Source: Haplodiscus bocki (Eukaryota). From it: 64,000 bases of DNA. The DNA lies in assembly GCA_965655095.1 (NCBI GenBank), contig OZ296650.1:32612001-32676000 (forward strand), in the 5' to 3' direction. The notes under the pieces were generated by a model. That model was not told where the DNA came from. It searched no databases and saw only the letters and a list, made by a program, of their open reading frames with translations. Positions 1 through 13,785 of this stretch are shown here, piece by piece. Every line of letters begins with the position of its first letter. Position 1 is the first letter of the stretch. The position numbers and the translations under genes were made by a program.

Positions 1-189
1 TGTTACATTGTAAGACTAGAGTACTTTTTCCATCAATATTTGAAAGTGACTTTCTGTCGATTTTATCAATCTGTAGCTATTTTTTAATTCAACGCCGTTT
101 TCAGTGACTGTGAAATTTCTGACAACACTTTGTACTGTCTCCTTTTCAGACACGGTTTCAGTTTGAGCTGTTTTCTCTTTGCTCTATGC

Positions 190-191
<2 letters not shown>

Positions 192-237
<46 letters not shown>
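192..237. repeat. (TA)23 microsatellite inside an A monomer
   Basis: Read directly. The homologous site is (TA)8 at 1668-1683 and tatatatacata in later A monomers. Confidence 0.97.
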
Positions 238-241
<4 letters not shown>

Positions 242-2808
242 TTTTCGTGCTCGTTTTTGTCTGATTATGCTTTAAGTTTCAAAGCAGGTTCTTCCCAACA
301 GAGTCCACACAAGCGAAAAAACTTTGGGTTTCTTTTGTTTAGCTGCGAAAAATTTTGTTATACTTTCTGGCTGCGAAAAACATTCGATCGGTTTTGTTGG
401 AGAAAGCTTCTTCTGAACAGATTCTTTGAACAAACTTTGAAAATTTAATTCAAAGCGTTCAGAAAGTACTGGTACTTAAGATCTTTAACTAGTATAGCAT
501 CCTATTACCCAATCAAGGAGTTAACTTGAAAAAAAATTGAAAAAAAATTCCATATCAACAGTTTGTTATCCTTCAGTGCTTATCGTGAGCAAATGCAAAT
601 TGTTTTCGATTATACCAGATTTCGTTAAACATATTTGTTCTTCAAGGAATTATTTCATCCGAAATTGCCAAAATTCTCGATCACAGGTGAAATATCTCCG
701 TAACACTCTTTTCACTAACAGCTCTATTTTTAACAAAAACTAAAATCCCGGCATAATTAATAGTTTTTATAATTCCATTTTCTCACAAAATGTTCCTTTG
801 AGGTAATTTGAACTGTTTTTCTCTTTTGACTGTATTAATTTTTTTTTGGTTTTTGCAATTTTTGAACTCGAATTCTTTTTCAATCGGAACATTGAGGTAT
901 GAAAGAGAATTGTACCAATTTCCTAAAATGATCAATATCAGCAAAAAGCTTGCTTAGGTTCACGTTTCAATGGAAAATCCATAAGATTAAAGAGTATAGA
1001 AAACACAAAATGGAAAAACGAAAAAAGTAAGTTTTTTGAAAGTAGCAGAGCCGAGAAAAATTGCGGAAAAAACATTTAGCTCAAATCAGTGTAATCCGAA
1101 AAACCACTTGAATACAACTACTAATATGATGTAAGTTTTTTTTAATGATATCGAATTTTTCTCACAAATTTGTACATTAGTCTCGTAGTAACGGAATCTT
1201 CGTTTCGTTTCAGAGAAATGAAGACTGAAATCATCCCAGCTCCCGTAACTTTTGTTGAGTTTTCAACTTTTTTCTTTTTGATGCCATCGTGAATTGACAA
1301 GAGTCTGGACTTATGTCACTACGCTGGAGAAAATAAGAGTACAAATGCTATGAAAACCAAGTAAAAAGACTCACAGCTGGAATCTGATAAACCATCATGG
1401 CTACAACATTCAGTTTGAAGTTTTGGAAGTCGACCACATTAGCAAAAGTCTTTTCAGAATGTAATTAATTTGTTACATTGTAAGAGAAGAGTACTTTTTC
1501 CATCAATATTTGAAAATGACTTCCTGTCGATCTTGTCAATCCGTAGCTTTTTTTTAATTCAACGCCGTTTTCAGTGACTGTGTGAAGTTTCTGACAATAC
1601 ATTGTAGTGTCTCCTTTTCAGGCACGGTTTCAGTTTCAATTGTTTTCTATATGCTCTATGCATTAAATATATATATATATATAAAATTTTTCATGCTCGT
1701 TTTTGTCTGACTTTGTTTTAAGTTTCAAAGCAGGTTCTTCCCAACAGAGTCCTCACAAGCAAAAAAACTTTGGGTTTCTTTTGTTTAGATGCGAAAAATT
1801 TTGTTATACTTTCTGGCTGCAAAAAACATTCGATCGGTTTTAATGGAGAAAGCTTCTTCTAAACAGATTCTTTCAACAGACTTGGGAAATTTATTTCAAA
1901 TCGTTCAGAAAGTACTGGTACTTAAGAGCTTTAACTAGTATATCATCCTATTACCCTATCAAGGATTTAACTTGAAAAAAATATTGAAAAAAAGTTCCAT
2001 ATCAACCGTTTGTTATCCTTCAGTACTTATCGTGAGCAAAGGCAAATTGTTTTCGATTATACCAGATTTCGTTGAACATATTTGTTCTTTAAGGAATTAT
2101 TTCATCCGAAATTGCCAAAATTCTCGATCACAGGTGAAATATATCCGTAACACTCTTTTCACTAACAGCTCTATTTTTAACAAAAACTAAAATCCCGGCT
2201 TAGTCAACAGTTTCTATAATTCCATTTTCTCACAAAATGTTCCTTTGAGGTAATTTGAATTCTTTTTCTCTTTCGACTGTTATACTTTTGTTGGTTTTTA
2301 CAATATTTGAACTCGAATTCCTTTTCAATCGGAACATTGAGGTATGAAAGAGAATTGTGCCAATTTCATAAAATGATCAATATCAGCAAGAAGCTCGCTT
2401 AGGTTCACGTTTCAATGGAAAATCCATAAGATTAAAGAGTATAGAAAACACAAAATGGTAAAACGAAAAAAGGAAGCTTGTTGAAAGTAGTAGAGCCGAA
2501 AAAAATTGCGGAAAAAACATTTAGCTCAAATCAATGTAATCCGAAAGACCACTTGAATACAACTACTAATATGATGTAAGTTTTTTTCAATGATATCGAT
2601 TTTTTCTCACAAACTTTTACATTAGTCTCGTAGGCACGGAAACTTCGTTCCGTTTCGCAGAATTGAAGACTGAAATTATCCCAGCTCCCGTAACTTTTGT
2701 TTGAGGTTTCAAGTTTTTTCTTTTTGATGCCATCGTGAATTGACAAGGGTCTGGACATATGTCACTACGCTGGAGAAAATAAGAGTACAAATGCTATGAA
2801 AACCAAGT

Positions 2809-3008
2809 NNNNNNNNNNNNNNNNNNNNNNNNNNNNNNNNNNNNNNNNNNNNNNNNNNNNNNNNNNNNNNNNNNNNNNNNNNNNNNNNNNNNNNNNNNNN
2901 NNNNNNNNNNNNNNNNNNNNNNNNNNNNNNNNNNNNNNNNNNNNNNNNNNNNNNNNNNNNNNNNNNNNNNNNNNNNNNNNNNNNNNNNNNNNNNNNNNNN
3001 NNNNNNNN
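2809..3008. other. Assembly gap, exactly 200 N
   Basis: N run. The flanks are about 316 bp apart in monomer coordinates (compare 4125 to 4442), so 200 is a placeholder rather than the true size. Confidence 0.98.
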
Positions 3009-6000
3009 ATTTTTCATGCTCGTTTTTGTCTGATTATGCTTTAAGTTTCAAAGCAGGTTCTTCCCAACAGAGTCCTTACAAGCAAAAAACTTTGGGTTGG
3101 TTTTGTTCAGCTGCGAAACTTTCTGTTATACTTTCTGGCTGCGAAGAACGTTCGATCGGTTTTGTTGGAGAAAGCTTTTTCTAAACAGATTCTTTCAACA
3201 GACTTCGAAAAATTATTTCAAATCGTTCAGAAAGTACTGGTACTCAAGATCTTTAACTAGAATAGCATCTTATTACCCAATCTAGGAGTTAATTTCAAAA
3301 AGAATTTGAAAAAAATTTCCATATCAACCGTTTGTTATCCTTGAGTACTTATCGTGAGCAAATGCAAATTGTTTTCGATTATACCAGATTTCGTTGAACA
3401 TATTTGTTCTTTAATGAATTATTTCATCCAAAATTGCCAAAATTCTCGAACACAGGTGAAATATATCCGTAACACTCTTTTCACTAACAGCTCTATTTTT
3501 AACTAAAACTAAAATCCCGGCATAATCAATAGTTTCTATAATTCCATTTTCTCACAAAAAGTTCCTTTGAGGTAATTTGAAGTCTATTTCTCTTTTGACT
3601 GTATTAATTTTTTTTTGGTTTTTACAGTTTTGAAACTCGAACTCCTATTCAATCGGAACATTGAGGTATGAAAGAGAATTGTACCAATTTCATAAAATGA
3701 TCAATGTCAGCAAAATCTTGCTTAGGTTCACGTTTCAATGGAAAATCCATAAGATTCGAGAGTATAAAAAACACAAAATGGAAAAACGAAAAAAGTAAGC
3801 TTGTTGAAAGAAGCAGAGCAGAAAAAATGCAGAAAAAACATTTAGCTCAAATCAATGTCATCCGAAAGACCACTTGAATACAACTACTAATAAGATGTAA
3901 GTTTTTTTAATGATATCGATTTTTTCTCAAATTTGCACATTAGTCTCGTAGGCACGTAAACTTCGTTTCGTTTTGGAGAATTGAAGACTGAAATCATCCC
4001 AGCTCCCGTAATTTTTGTTGAGGTTTCAATTTTTTTCTTTTTGATGCCATCGTGAATTGACAATAGTCTGGACTTATGTCACTACGCTGGAGAAAATAAG
4101 GGTACAAATGCTATGAAAACCAAGTAAAAAGACTCACAACCGGAATCTGATAAATCATCATGGCTTAATCATTCAGTTTGAAGATTCGGAAGTTGACCAC
4201 ATTATTAAAAGTCTTTTCAGAAAGATTTTACTTTGTTACCTTGTTAGACTAGAGTACTTTTTCCATCAGTCTTTGAAAATGACTTTCTGTCGATCTTGTC
4301 AATCTGTAGCTATTTTTTAAATCATCGCCGTTTTCAGTGACTGTGTGAAGTTTCTGACAGTACATTGTAGTGTCTCCTTTTCAAGCACGGTTTCAGTTTC
4401 AATTGTTCTCTCTATGTTCTATGCATTATATATACATAAAAATTTTCATGCTCGTTTTTGTCTGATTATGCTTTAAGTTTCAAAGCAGGTTCTTCCCAGC
4501 AGAGTGCTCACAAGCAAAAAACTTTGGGTTTCTTTTGTTCAGGTGCGAAAATTTTTGTTATACTTTATGGCTGCGAAAAACATTCGATCGGTTTTGTTGG
4601 AGAAAGCTTCTTCTGAACAGATTCTTTCAACAGACTTTGAAAATTTGTTTCAAATCGTTCAGAAAATACTGGTACTCAAGATCTTTAACTAGTATAGCAT
4701 CTTATTACCCAATCAAGGAGTTAACTTGAAAAAAAATTGACAAAAACTTCCATATCAACAGTTTGTTATCCTTCAGTGCTTATCGTGAGCAAATGCAAAT
4801 TGTTTTCGATTATGCCAGATTTCGTTAAACATATTTGTTCTGTAATGAATTAATTCATCCAAAAATGCCAAACTTCTCGATCACAGGTGAAATATATCCG
4901 TAACACTCTTTTCACTAACCGCTCTATTTTTAACAAAAACTAAAATCCCGGCATAATCAATAGTTTCTAGAATTCCATTTTCTCACAAAATGTTCCTTTG
5001 CGGTAATTTGAAATCTTTTTCTCTTTTGACTGTATTAATTTTTGTTAGTTTTTGCAATATTTGAACTCGAAAACCTATTCAATCGGAACATTGAGGTATG
5101 AAAGAGAATTGTACCAATTTCATAAAATGATCAATATCAGCAAAAAGCTCGCTTAGGTTCACGTTTCAATGGAAAATCCATAAGATTAAAGAGTATAGAA
5201 AACACAAAATGGGAAAACGAAAAAAGTAAGCTTGTTGAAAGTAGCGGAGCCGAAAAAAGATGCGGAAAAAACCTTTAGCTCAAATCAGTGTAATCCGAAA
5301 GACCACTTGGATACAAATACTAATATGATGTAAGTTTTTTTCAATGATATCGATTTTTTCTCACAATTTTGAACATTAGTCTCGTAGGCACGCAAACTTC
5401 GTTTCGTTTCGGAGAATTGAAGACTGAAATCATCCCAGCTCCCGTAATTTTTGTTGAGGTTTCAATTTTTTTCTTTTTGATGCCATCGTGTATTGACAAG
5501 AGTCTGGACTTATGTCACTACGCTGGAGAAAATAAGGGTACAAATGCTATGAAAACCAAGTAAAAAGACTCACAGCTGGAATCTGATAAATCATCATGGC
5601 TGAATCATTCAGTTTGAAGATTCGGAAGTGGGACAATTTAGTAAAAGTCTTTTCAGAATGTAATTAATTTGTTACATTGTAAGAGAAGAGTACTTCTTCC
5701 ATCAATATTTGAAAATGACTTTCTGTCGATCTTGTCAATCTGTAGCTATTTTTTAAATCAACGCCGTTTTCAGTGACTGTGTAAAGTTTCTGACAACACA
5801 TTGTAGTGTCTCCTTTTCACGCACGGTTTCAGTTTCAATTGTTCTCTCTATGCTCTATGCATTATATATACATAAAAATTTTCATGCTCGTTTTTGTCTG
5901 ATTATGCTTTAAGTTTCAAAGCAGGTTCTTCCCAGCAGAGTGCTCACAAGCAAAAAACTTTGGGTTTCTTTTGTTCAGGTGCGAAAATTTTTGTTATACT

Positions 6001-9000
6001 TTCTGGCTGCGAGAAACATTCGATCGGTTTTGTTGGAGAAAGCTTCTTCTGAACAGATTCTTTCAACAGACTTTGAAAATTTATTTCAAATCCTTCAGAA
6101 AATACTGGTACTCAAGATCTTTAACTAGTATAGCATCTTATTACCCAATCAAGGAGTTAACTTGAAAAAAAATTGACAAACATTTCCATATCAACAGTTT
6201 GTTATCCTTCAGTGCTTATCGTGAGCAAATGCAAATTGTTTTCGCTTATGCCAGATTTCGTTAAAAATATTTGTTCTGTAATGAATTATTTCATCCAAAA
6301 TTGCCAAACTTCTCGATCACAGGTGAAATATATCCGTAACACTCTTTTCACTAACCGCTCTATTTTTAACAAAAACTAAAATCCCGGCATAGTCAATAGT
6401 TTCTAGAATTCCATTTTCTCACAAAACGTTCCTTTGAGGTAATTTGAAATCTTTTTCTCTTTTGACTGTATTAATTTTTGTTAGTTTTTGCAATATTTGA
6501 ACTCGAAAACCTATTCAATCGGAACATTGAGGTATGAAAGAGAATTGTACCAATTTCATAAAATGATCAATATCAGCAAAAAGCTCGCTTAGGTTCACGT
6601 TTCAAAGGAAAATCCATAAGATTAAAGAGTATAGAAAACAGAAAATGGAAAAACGAAAAAAGTAAGCTTGTTGAAAGTAGCAGAGCCGAAAAAAATTGCG
6701 GAAGAAAACCTATAGCTCAAATCAGTGTAATCCGAAAGACTACTTGGATACAAATACTAATATGATGTAAGTTTTTTTTTAATGATATCGATTTTTTCTC
6801 ACAATTTTGAACATTAGTCTCGTAGGCACGGAAACTTCGTTTGGTTTCGGAGAATTGAAGACTGAAATCATCCCAGCTCCCGTAATTTTTGTTGAGGTTT
6901 CAATTTTTTTCTTTTTGATGCCATCGTGAATTGACAATAGTCTGGACTTATGTCACTACGCTGGAGAAAATAAGGGTACAAATGCTATGAAAACCAAGTA
7001 AAAAGACTCACAACTGGAATCTGATAAATCATCATGGCTGAATCATTCAGTTTGAAGATTCGGAAGTGGGACAATTTAGTAAAAGTCTTTTCAGAATGTA
7101 ATTAATTTGTTACATTGTAAGAGAAGAGTACTTCTTCCATCAATATTTGAAAATGACTTTCTGTCGATCTTGTCAATCTGTAGCTATTTTTTAAATCAAC
7201 GCCGTTTTCAGTGACTGTGTAAAGTTTCTGACAACACATTGTAGTGTCTCCTTTTCACGCACGGTTTCAGTTTCAATTGTTCTCTCTATGCTCTATGCAT
7301 TATATATACATAAAAATTTTCATGCTCGTTTTTGTCTGATTATGCTTTAAGTTTCAAAGCAGGTTCTTCCCAACAGAGTGCTCACAAGCAAAAAATTTTG
7401 GGTTTCCTTTGCTTGGCTGCGAAAAATTTTGTTATACTCTCTGGCTGCGAAAAACCTTACGAACGGTTTTGTTGGAGAAAGCTTCTTCTAAACAGATTCT
7501 TTCAACAGACTTTGAAAATTTATTTCAAATCAATCAGAAAGTACTGGTACTCAAGATCTTAAACTAGTTTAGCATCTCATTACCCAATCAAGGAGTTAAC
7601 TTGAAAAAAAATTTGAAAAAAATTTCCATATCAACAGTTTGTTATCCTTCAGTACTTATCGTGAGCAAATGCAAGTTGTTTTTGATTACAGCAGTTTTCG
7701 TTGAACATATTTGTTCTTTAATGGAATTTTTCATCCAAAATTGCCAAAAATATCGATCACAGGTGAATTATATCCAAAACACTCTTTTCACTAACAGCTC
7801 TATTTTTAACAAAAACAAAAATCCCGGCATAATCAATAGTTTCTATAATTCCATTTTCTCACAAAATGTTCCTTTTGAGGTAATTTGAAGTCTTTTTCTC
7901 TTTTGACTGTATTAATTTTTTTTGGTTTTTACAGTTTTTGAACTCGAATTCCTATTCAATCGGAACATTGAGGTATGAAAGGGAATTGTACCAATTTCAT
8001 AAAATGATCAATATCAGCAAAATCTTGCTTAGGTTCACGTTTCAATGGAAAATCCATAAGATTCGAGAGTATAAAAAACACAAAATGGAGAAACGAAAAA
8101 AGTAAGCTTGCTGAAAATAGCAGAGCCGAAAGAAATGCAGAAAAAACATTTAGCTCAAATCAATGTCATCCGAAAGGCCACTTGAATACAACTACTAATA
8201 TGATGTAAGTTTTTTTATTGATATCGATTTTTTCTCACAAATTTGTACATTAGTCTCGTAGGCACGCAAACTTCGTTTCGTTTCGGAGAATTGAAGACTG
8301 AAATCTTCCCAGCTCCCGTAACTTTTGTTGAGGTTCCAATTTTTTTCTTTTTGATGCCATCGCGAATTGACAAGCGTCTGGACTTATGTCACTACGCTGT
8401 AGAAAATAAGGGTACAAATGCTATGAAAACCAAGTAAAAAGACTCACAACTGGAATCTGATAAATCATCATGGCTTAATCATTCAGTTTGAAGATTCGGA
8501 AGTTGACCACATTAGTAAAAGTCTTTTCAGAAAGATTTTACTTTGTTACATTGTTAGACTAGGGTACTTTTTCCATCAATCTTTGAAAATGACTTTCTGT
8601 CGATCTTGTCAATCTGTAGCTATTTTTTAAATCAACGCCGTTTTCAGTGACTGTGTGAAGTTTCTGACAACACATTGTAGTGTCTCTTTTTCACGCACGG
8701 TTTCAGTTTCAATTGCTCTCTATGCTCTATGCATTATATATACATAAAAATTTTCATGCTCGTTTTTGTCTGATTATGCTTTAAGTTTAAAAGCAGGTTC
8801 TTCCCAGCAGAGTGCTCACAAGCAAATAACTTTGGGTTTCTTTTGTTCAGGTGCGAAAAGTTTTGTTATACTTTCTGGCTGCGAAAAACATTCGATCGGT
8901 TTTGTTGGAGAAAGCTTCTTCTGAACAGATTCTTTCAACAGACTTTGAAAATTTATTTCAAATCGTTCAGAAAATACTGGTACTCAAGATCTTTAACTAG

Positions 9001-11415
9001 TATAGCATCTTATTACCCAATCAAGGAGTTAACTTGAAGAAAAAATTGACAAAAATTTCCATATCAACAGTTTGTTATCCTTCAGTGCTTATCGTGAGCA
9101 AATGCAAATTGTTTTCGATTATACCAGATTTCGTTGAACATATTTGTTCTTTAATGGAATTTTTCATCCAAAATTGCCAAAAATATCGATCACAGGTGAA
9201 CTATATCCAAAACACTCTTTTCACTAACAGCTCTATTTTTAACAAAAACAAAAATCCCGGCATAATCAATAGTTTCTATAATTCCATTTTCTCACAAAAT
9301 GTTCCTTTTGAGGTAATTTGAAGTCTTTTTCTCTTTTGACTGTATTAATTTTTTTTTGGTTTTTACAGTTTTTGAACTCGAATTCCTATTCAATCGGAAC
9401 ATTGAGGTATGAAAGAGAATTGTACCAATTTCATAAAATGATCAATATCAGCAAAAAGCTCGCTTAGGTTCACGTTTCAAAGGAAAATCCATAAGATTAA
9501 AGAGTATAGAAAACACAAAATGGAAAAACGAAAAAAGTAAGCTTGTTGAAAGTAGCAGAGCCGAAAAAAATTGCGGAAGAAAACCTTTAGCTCAAATCAG
9601 TGTAATCCGAAAGACCACTTGGATACAAATACTAATATGATGTAATTTTTTTTTAATGATATCGATTTTTTCTCACAATTTTGAACATTAGTCTCGTAGG
9701 CACGGAAACTTCGTTTCGTTTCGGAGAATTGAAGACTGAAATCATCCCAGCTCCCGTAATTTTTGTTGAGGTTTCAATTTTTTTCTTTTTGATGCCATCG
9801 TGAATTGACAATAGTCTGGACTTATGTCACTACGCTGGAGAAAATAAGGGTACAAATGCTATGAAAACCAAGTAAAAAGACTCACAGCTGGAATCTGATA
9901 AATCATCATGGCTGAATCATTCAGTTTGAAGATTCGGAAGTGGGACAATTTAGTAAAAGTCTTTTCAGAATGTAATTAATTTGTTACATTGTAAGAGAAG
10001 AGTACTTCTTCCATCAATATTTGAAAATGACTTTCTGTCGATCTTGTCAATCTGTAGCTATTTTTTAAATCAACGCCGTTTTCAGTGACTGTGTAAAGTT
10101 TCTGACAACACATTGTAGTGTCTCCTTTTCACGCACGGTTTCAGTTTCAATTGTTCTCTCTATGCTCTATGCATTATATATACATAAAAATTTTCATGCT
10201 CGTTTTTGTCTGATTATGCTTTAAGTTTCAAAGCAGGTTCTTCCCAACAGAGTCCTCACAAGCAAAAATTTTGGGTTTCTTTTGTTCAGCTGCGAAAAGT
10301 TTTGCTATACTTTCTGACTGCGAAAAGCATTCGAACGGTCTTGTTCGAGAAAGCTTCTTCTAAACAGATTCTTTCAACAGACTTTGAAAATTTATTTCAA
10401 ATCAATCAGAAAGTACTGGTACTCAAGATCTTAAACTAGTATAGCATCTTATTACCCAATCAAGGAGTTAACTTGAAAAAAAAATTTGAAAAAAATTTCC
10501 ATTTCATTAGTTTGTTATCCTTCAGTACTTATCGTGAGCAAATGCAAGTTGTTTTTGATTACAGCAGTTTTCGTTGAACATATTTGTTCTTTAATGGAAT
10601 TTTTCATCCAAAATTGCCAAAAATATCGATCACAGGTGAATTATATCCAAAACACTCTTTTCACTAACAGCTCTATTTTTAACAAAAACAAGAATCCCGG
10701 CATAATCAATAGTTTCTATAATTCCATTTTCTCACAAAATGTTCCTTTTGAGGTAATTTGAAGTCTTTTTCTCTTTTGACTGTATTATTTTTTTTTGGTT
10801 TTTACAGTTTTTGAACTCGAATTCCTATCCAATCGGAACATTGAGGTATGAAAGAGAATTGTACCAATTTCATAAAATGATCAATATCAGCAAAATCTTG
10901 CTTAGGTTCACGTTTCAATGGAAAATCCATAGGATTCGAGAGTATAAAAAACACAAAATGGAAAAACGAAAAAAGTAAGCTTGCTGAAAAAAGCAGAGCC
11001 GAAAGAAATGCAGAAAAAACCTTTAGCTCAAATCAATGTCATCCGAAAGGCGACTTGAATACAACTACTAATATGATGTAAGTTTTTTTATTGATATCGA
11101 TTTTTTCTCACAAAGTTGTACATTAGTCTCGTAGTCACGGAAACTTCGTTTCGTTTTGGAGAATTGAACACTAAAATCAACCCAGCTCCCGTAACTTTTG
11201 TTGAGGTTTCATGTTTTTTCTTTTTGATGCCATCGTGAATTGACAAGAGGCTGGACTTATGACACTACGCTGGAGAAAATAAGGGTACAAATGCTATGAA
11301 AACCAAGTAAAAAACTCACAGCTGGAGTCTGATAAATCATCATGGCTTAATCATTCAATTTGAAGATTCGGAACTGGAACACATTACTAAGAGTCTTTTC
11401 AGAATTTCATTAATT

Positions 11416-12363
11416 TGTTACATTGTAAGAGTAGAGTTGCAAAATGTTTTCACATCAACAGTTTGTGATCCTTCACTACTTATTGTGAGCAGATGCAGAT
11501 TGTTTTCCATAACACCAGTTTTCGTTTAACATATTTGTTTTTTAATGGAGTTATTCAACCAAAACCGCCAATTTTCTCAATCGCAAGTGAAAAAAGTCCT
11601 TAACACCTTTTTTTCCAATCGCTCTCTTTTGAAAAAACCAAAATCCAGTCGTGATTATTAGATTCTACCTTCGGTTTTCTCACACGATGTCCTCTGAAGT
11701 AGTTTGGAATCTTTTTCTCTTCTGACTGTATCATTTTTTGTTCGTTTAAACAAGATTTGGACTCAAACTCCATTTAAATCTGAAAGTTGATATTAAAAAA
11801 AGTTCGAAGTTATAAAATTGATTAACATCAGTAAAAAACTTTTTTGGATTCTTATTTCTAAGGAAAAATCCATAAAACTCTGCCGTATAGAAAACACAAA
11901 ATTGAAAAAACATAAACAGCTAGCACGTTGAAAGTAGTATAGCTAAAAACAGTTGCAGAAACATAAACCTATAACTCAAAGCAATGTAACCGAAAAGACA
12001 ACTTGAATACAACTCGTAATATACTATATGTTTTTTTTTCTAATTTTTTCGATTTTATTTAAATATTCTACACTAATCTTTAGGAGATGGAAACTTCTTT
12101 TCTTTTGAAGACTGGAAGCGTGAAATCAACCCAGCTCCCGTAACCTTTGTTGAGGTTTCAAGTTTTTTGTTATTGGTGCCATCAGGAGATGACAGGAGTC
12201 TGGACTTATGTCACAAGACTGGAAAAAAGAACCGTACAACTGTTTTGAAAACCAATTAAAATAATTCACAGCTGGAATGTGATAAATCATCCTGGCTTAA
12301 TCATTCAGTTTGAAGTTTCGGAAGCGGAATATGTTATTCAAACAATTTGGAAAAATTTCAATT
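11416..12363. repeat. Truncated A/B junction monomer (948 bp, ~477-bp internal deletion)
   Basis: gtaagagtagagt joins directly to tgcaaaatgttttcacatc at 11437/11438. In an intact B monomer these are separated by 477 bp (24726-25202). Confidence 0.95.
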
Positions 12364-13785
12364 TGTGACATTGTAAGCGTAGAGTACATTTTCCGATAAT
12401 AATTAAAATTTTTTTCGTCTGGATCCTATCAGTCTGTAGCTGGGTTGAAAATCATCGCTGTTTTCAGTGATTTGGTACATTTTTTTGACAACACGTTGTA
12501 ATTTGTGTTTTACAAGGTACGGTTTCAGTTTGGATGGTTATTTTTGGGCTTTGTATATTGAAAAGTTAATTTCCTGCTCAACTTATCTGAATATGTTACA
12601 AAGTTTCAAAACAAGTTCCTCCCAACAGAGTCCTCACAAGCAACAAACTTTGGGTTTATCTTGCTAAGCTGCAAAAATTTTTGTTGGAGTTGCGGGATGC
12701 AAATAATAGTCGGTCAGTTTTTTAGAGAAGGCTCAGTCAAAGCAGATTCTTTCAACAAACTTTGAAAATTCAATTTGAATCATTCACAAAGTACTGCTAC
12801 TCAAAATCTATAACCACTATATCGTCCGTTTACCCAATCTTAGGGTCAACTTGAAAAAAATTGCAAAAATTTTTCACATCAGCTGTTTGTTATCCTTCGG
12901 TACTTATTATGAGCAAATGCAGATTGTTTCCGATAACATCAGATCTCGTTTGACGTATTTGTTCTCTGAAGGAATTGCTCAGCTGAAAATATCAATGTTC
13001 TCAATCACAAATGAATTATATCCGCAACAACTTTATTTTCATTAGCTCTGTATTTTAGGAAAACTAAATTCCTGGGGTAATCATTAGCTTCAACTTTCGA
13101 TTTTTTCACACCATCTTTTTTTGGGGTAATTTGGAATCTTCTTTTCTTTGACGTTATCAACCTTTGTTCGTTCAAGCAACTTTTTGAACTGAACTGCTGT
13201 TCAATTGGAAAGTTCAGATATGAAAGACAACTGTACCAAGTTGTTAAAATCTTTTTTATCAGTAAAAAGCTTGCTTAGATTCACTATTCATTGGAAAATC
13301 CATAAGATTTGAGAGTATAGAAAAAACAAATTGGAAAAACGAAAAAAGTAAGATTGTTGAAAGTACTACAGCCAAAAACACTTGCACAAAGATAACCTTT
13401 AACTCAAAGCAATGTAACCAGAAAGACCACTTGAATACAACTCCTAATTTATTGAAAGTTATTTAATGATTTCGATTTTTTTACAAGTTTGTACACTAGT
13501 CTGGTAAAAACGGAAATCTCGTTTCATTATGAAAAATTGAAGACTGAACTCAACCCAGCTCTCCTAATTGTCAAGTTTTCATAATTTTTGTTGTGTTTGC
13601 AATCATGAGATTAAAGAAGTGAGGACTTATGTCACAAGACTGGAAAAAAGAACCGTACAACTGGTTTGAAATTCAATTAAAAAAACTCACAGCTGGAATG
13701 TGAAGAATCATCATGGCCTAATCATTCAGTTTGAAGTTTCGGAAGCGGAATACATTATTCAGACTCTTTTGGCAACTTTTCAATT
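12364..13785. repeat. Family C monomer
   Basis: Diagnostic words: aaaatctataaccactatatcgtcc, cctggggtaatcattagcttcaac, gaactgctgttcaa, cagctctcctaattgtcaag. Confidence 0.93.

Larger units (their letters stand above)
1..11437. repeat. Family A monomer block (~8 monomers, ~1436 bp), with two interleaved subtypes
   Basis: Diagnostic words: ctctatgcattatata, aaaatcccggcataa, ggaacattgaggtatgaaagagaa, cactacgctggagaaaataag. Subtype A1 (aaagctcgc, ggatacaaatac, agtgggacaattt) is at 4234, 5670 and 8544. Subtype A2 (aaatcttgc, gattcgagagtataaaaaac) is in the post-gap monomer, 7108 and 9982. Confidence 0.95.

Noticed and set aside
504-806. Fragments resembling nematode SL1 (ATTACCCAA and TTTGAG|GTAA)
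   Set aside because: The two pieces are about 290 bp apart, and the 22-nt leader is not present contiguously.
2709-3044. Two ORFs spanning the N run
   Set aside because: Artefacts of translating Ns.
6835-6852. CENP-B-box-like CTTCGTTTGGTTTCGGAG
   Set aside because: It does not fit the TTCG-N4-A-N2-CGGG core, and the variant occurs in a single monomer.
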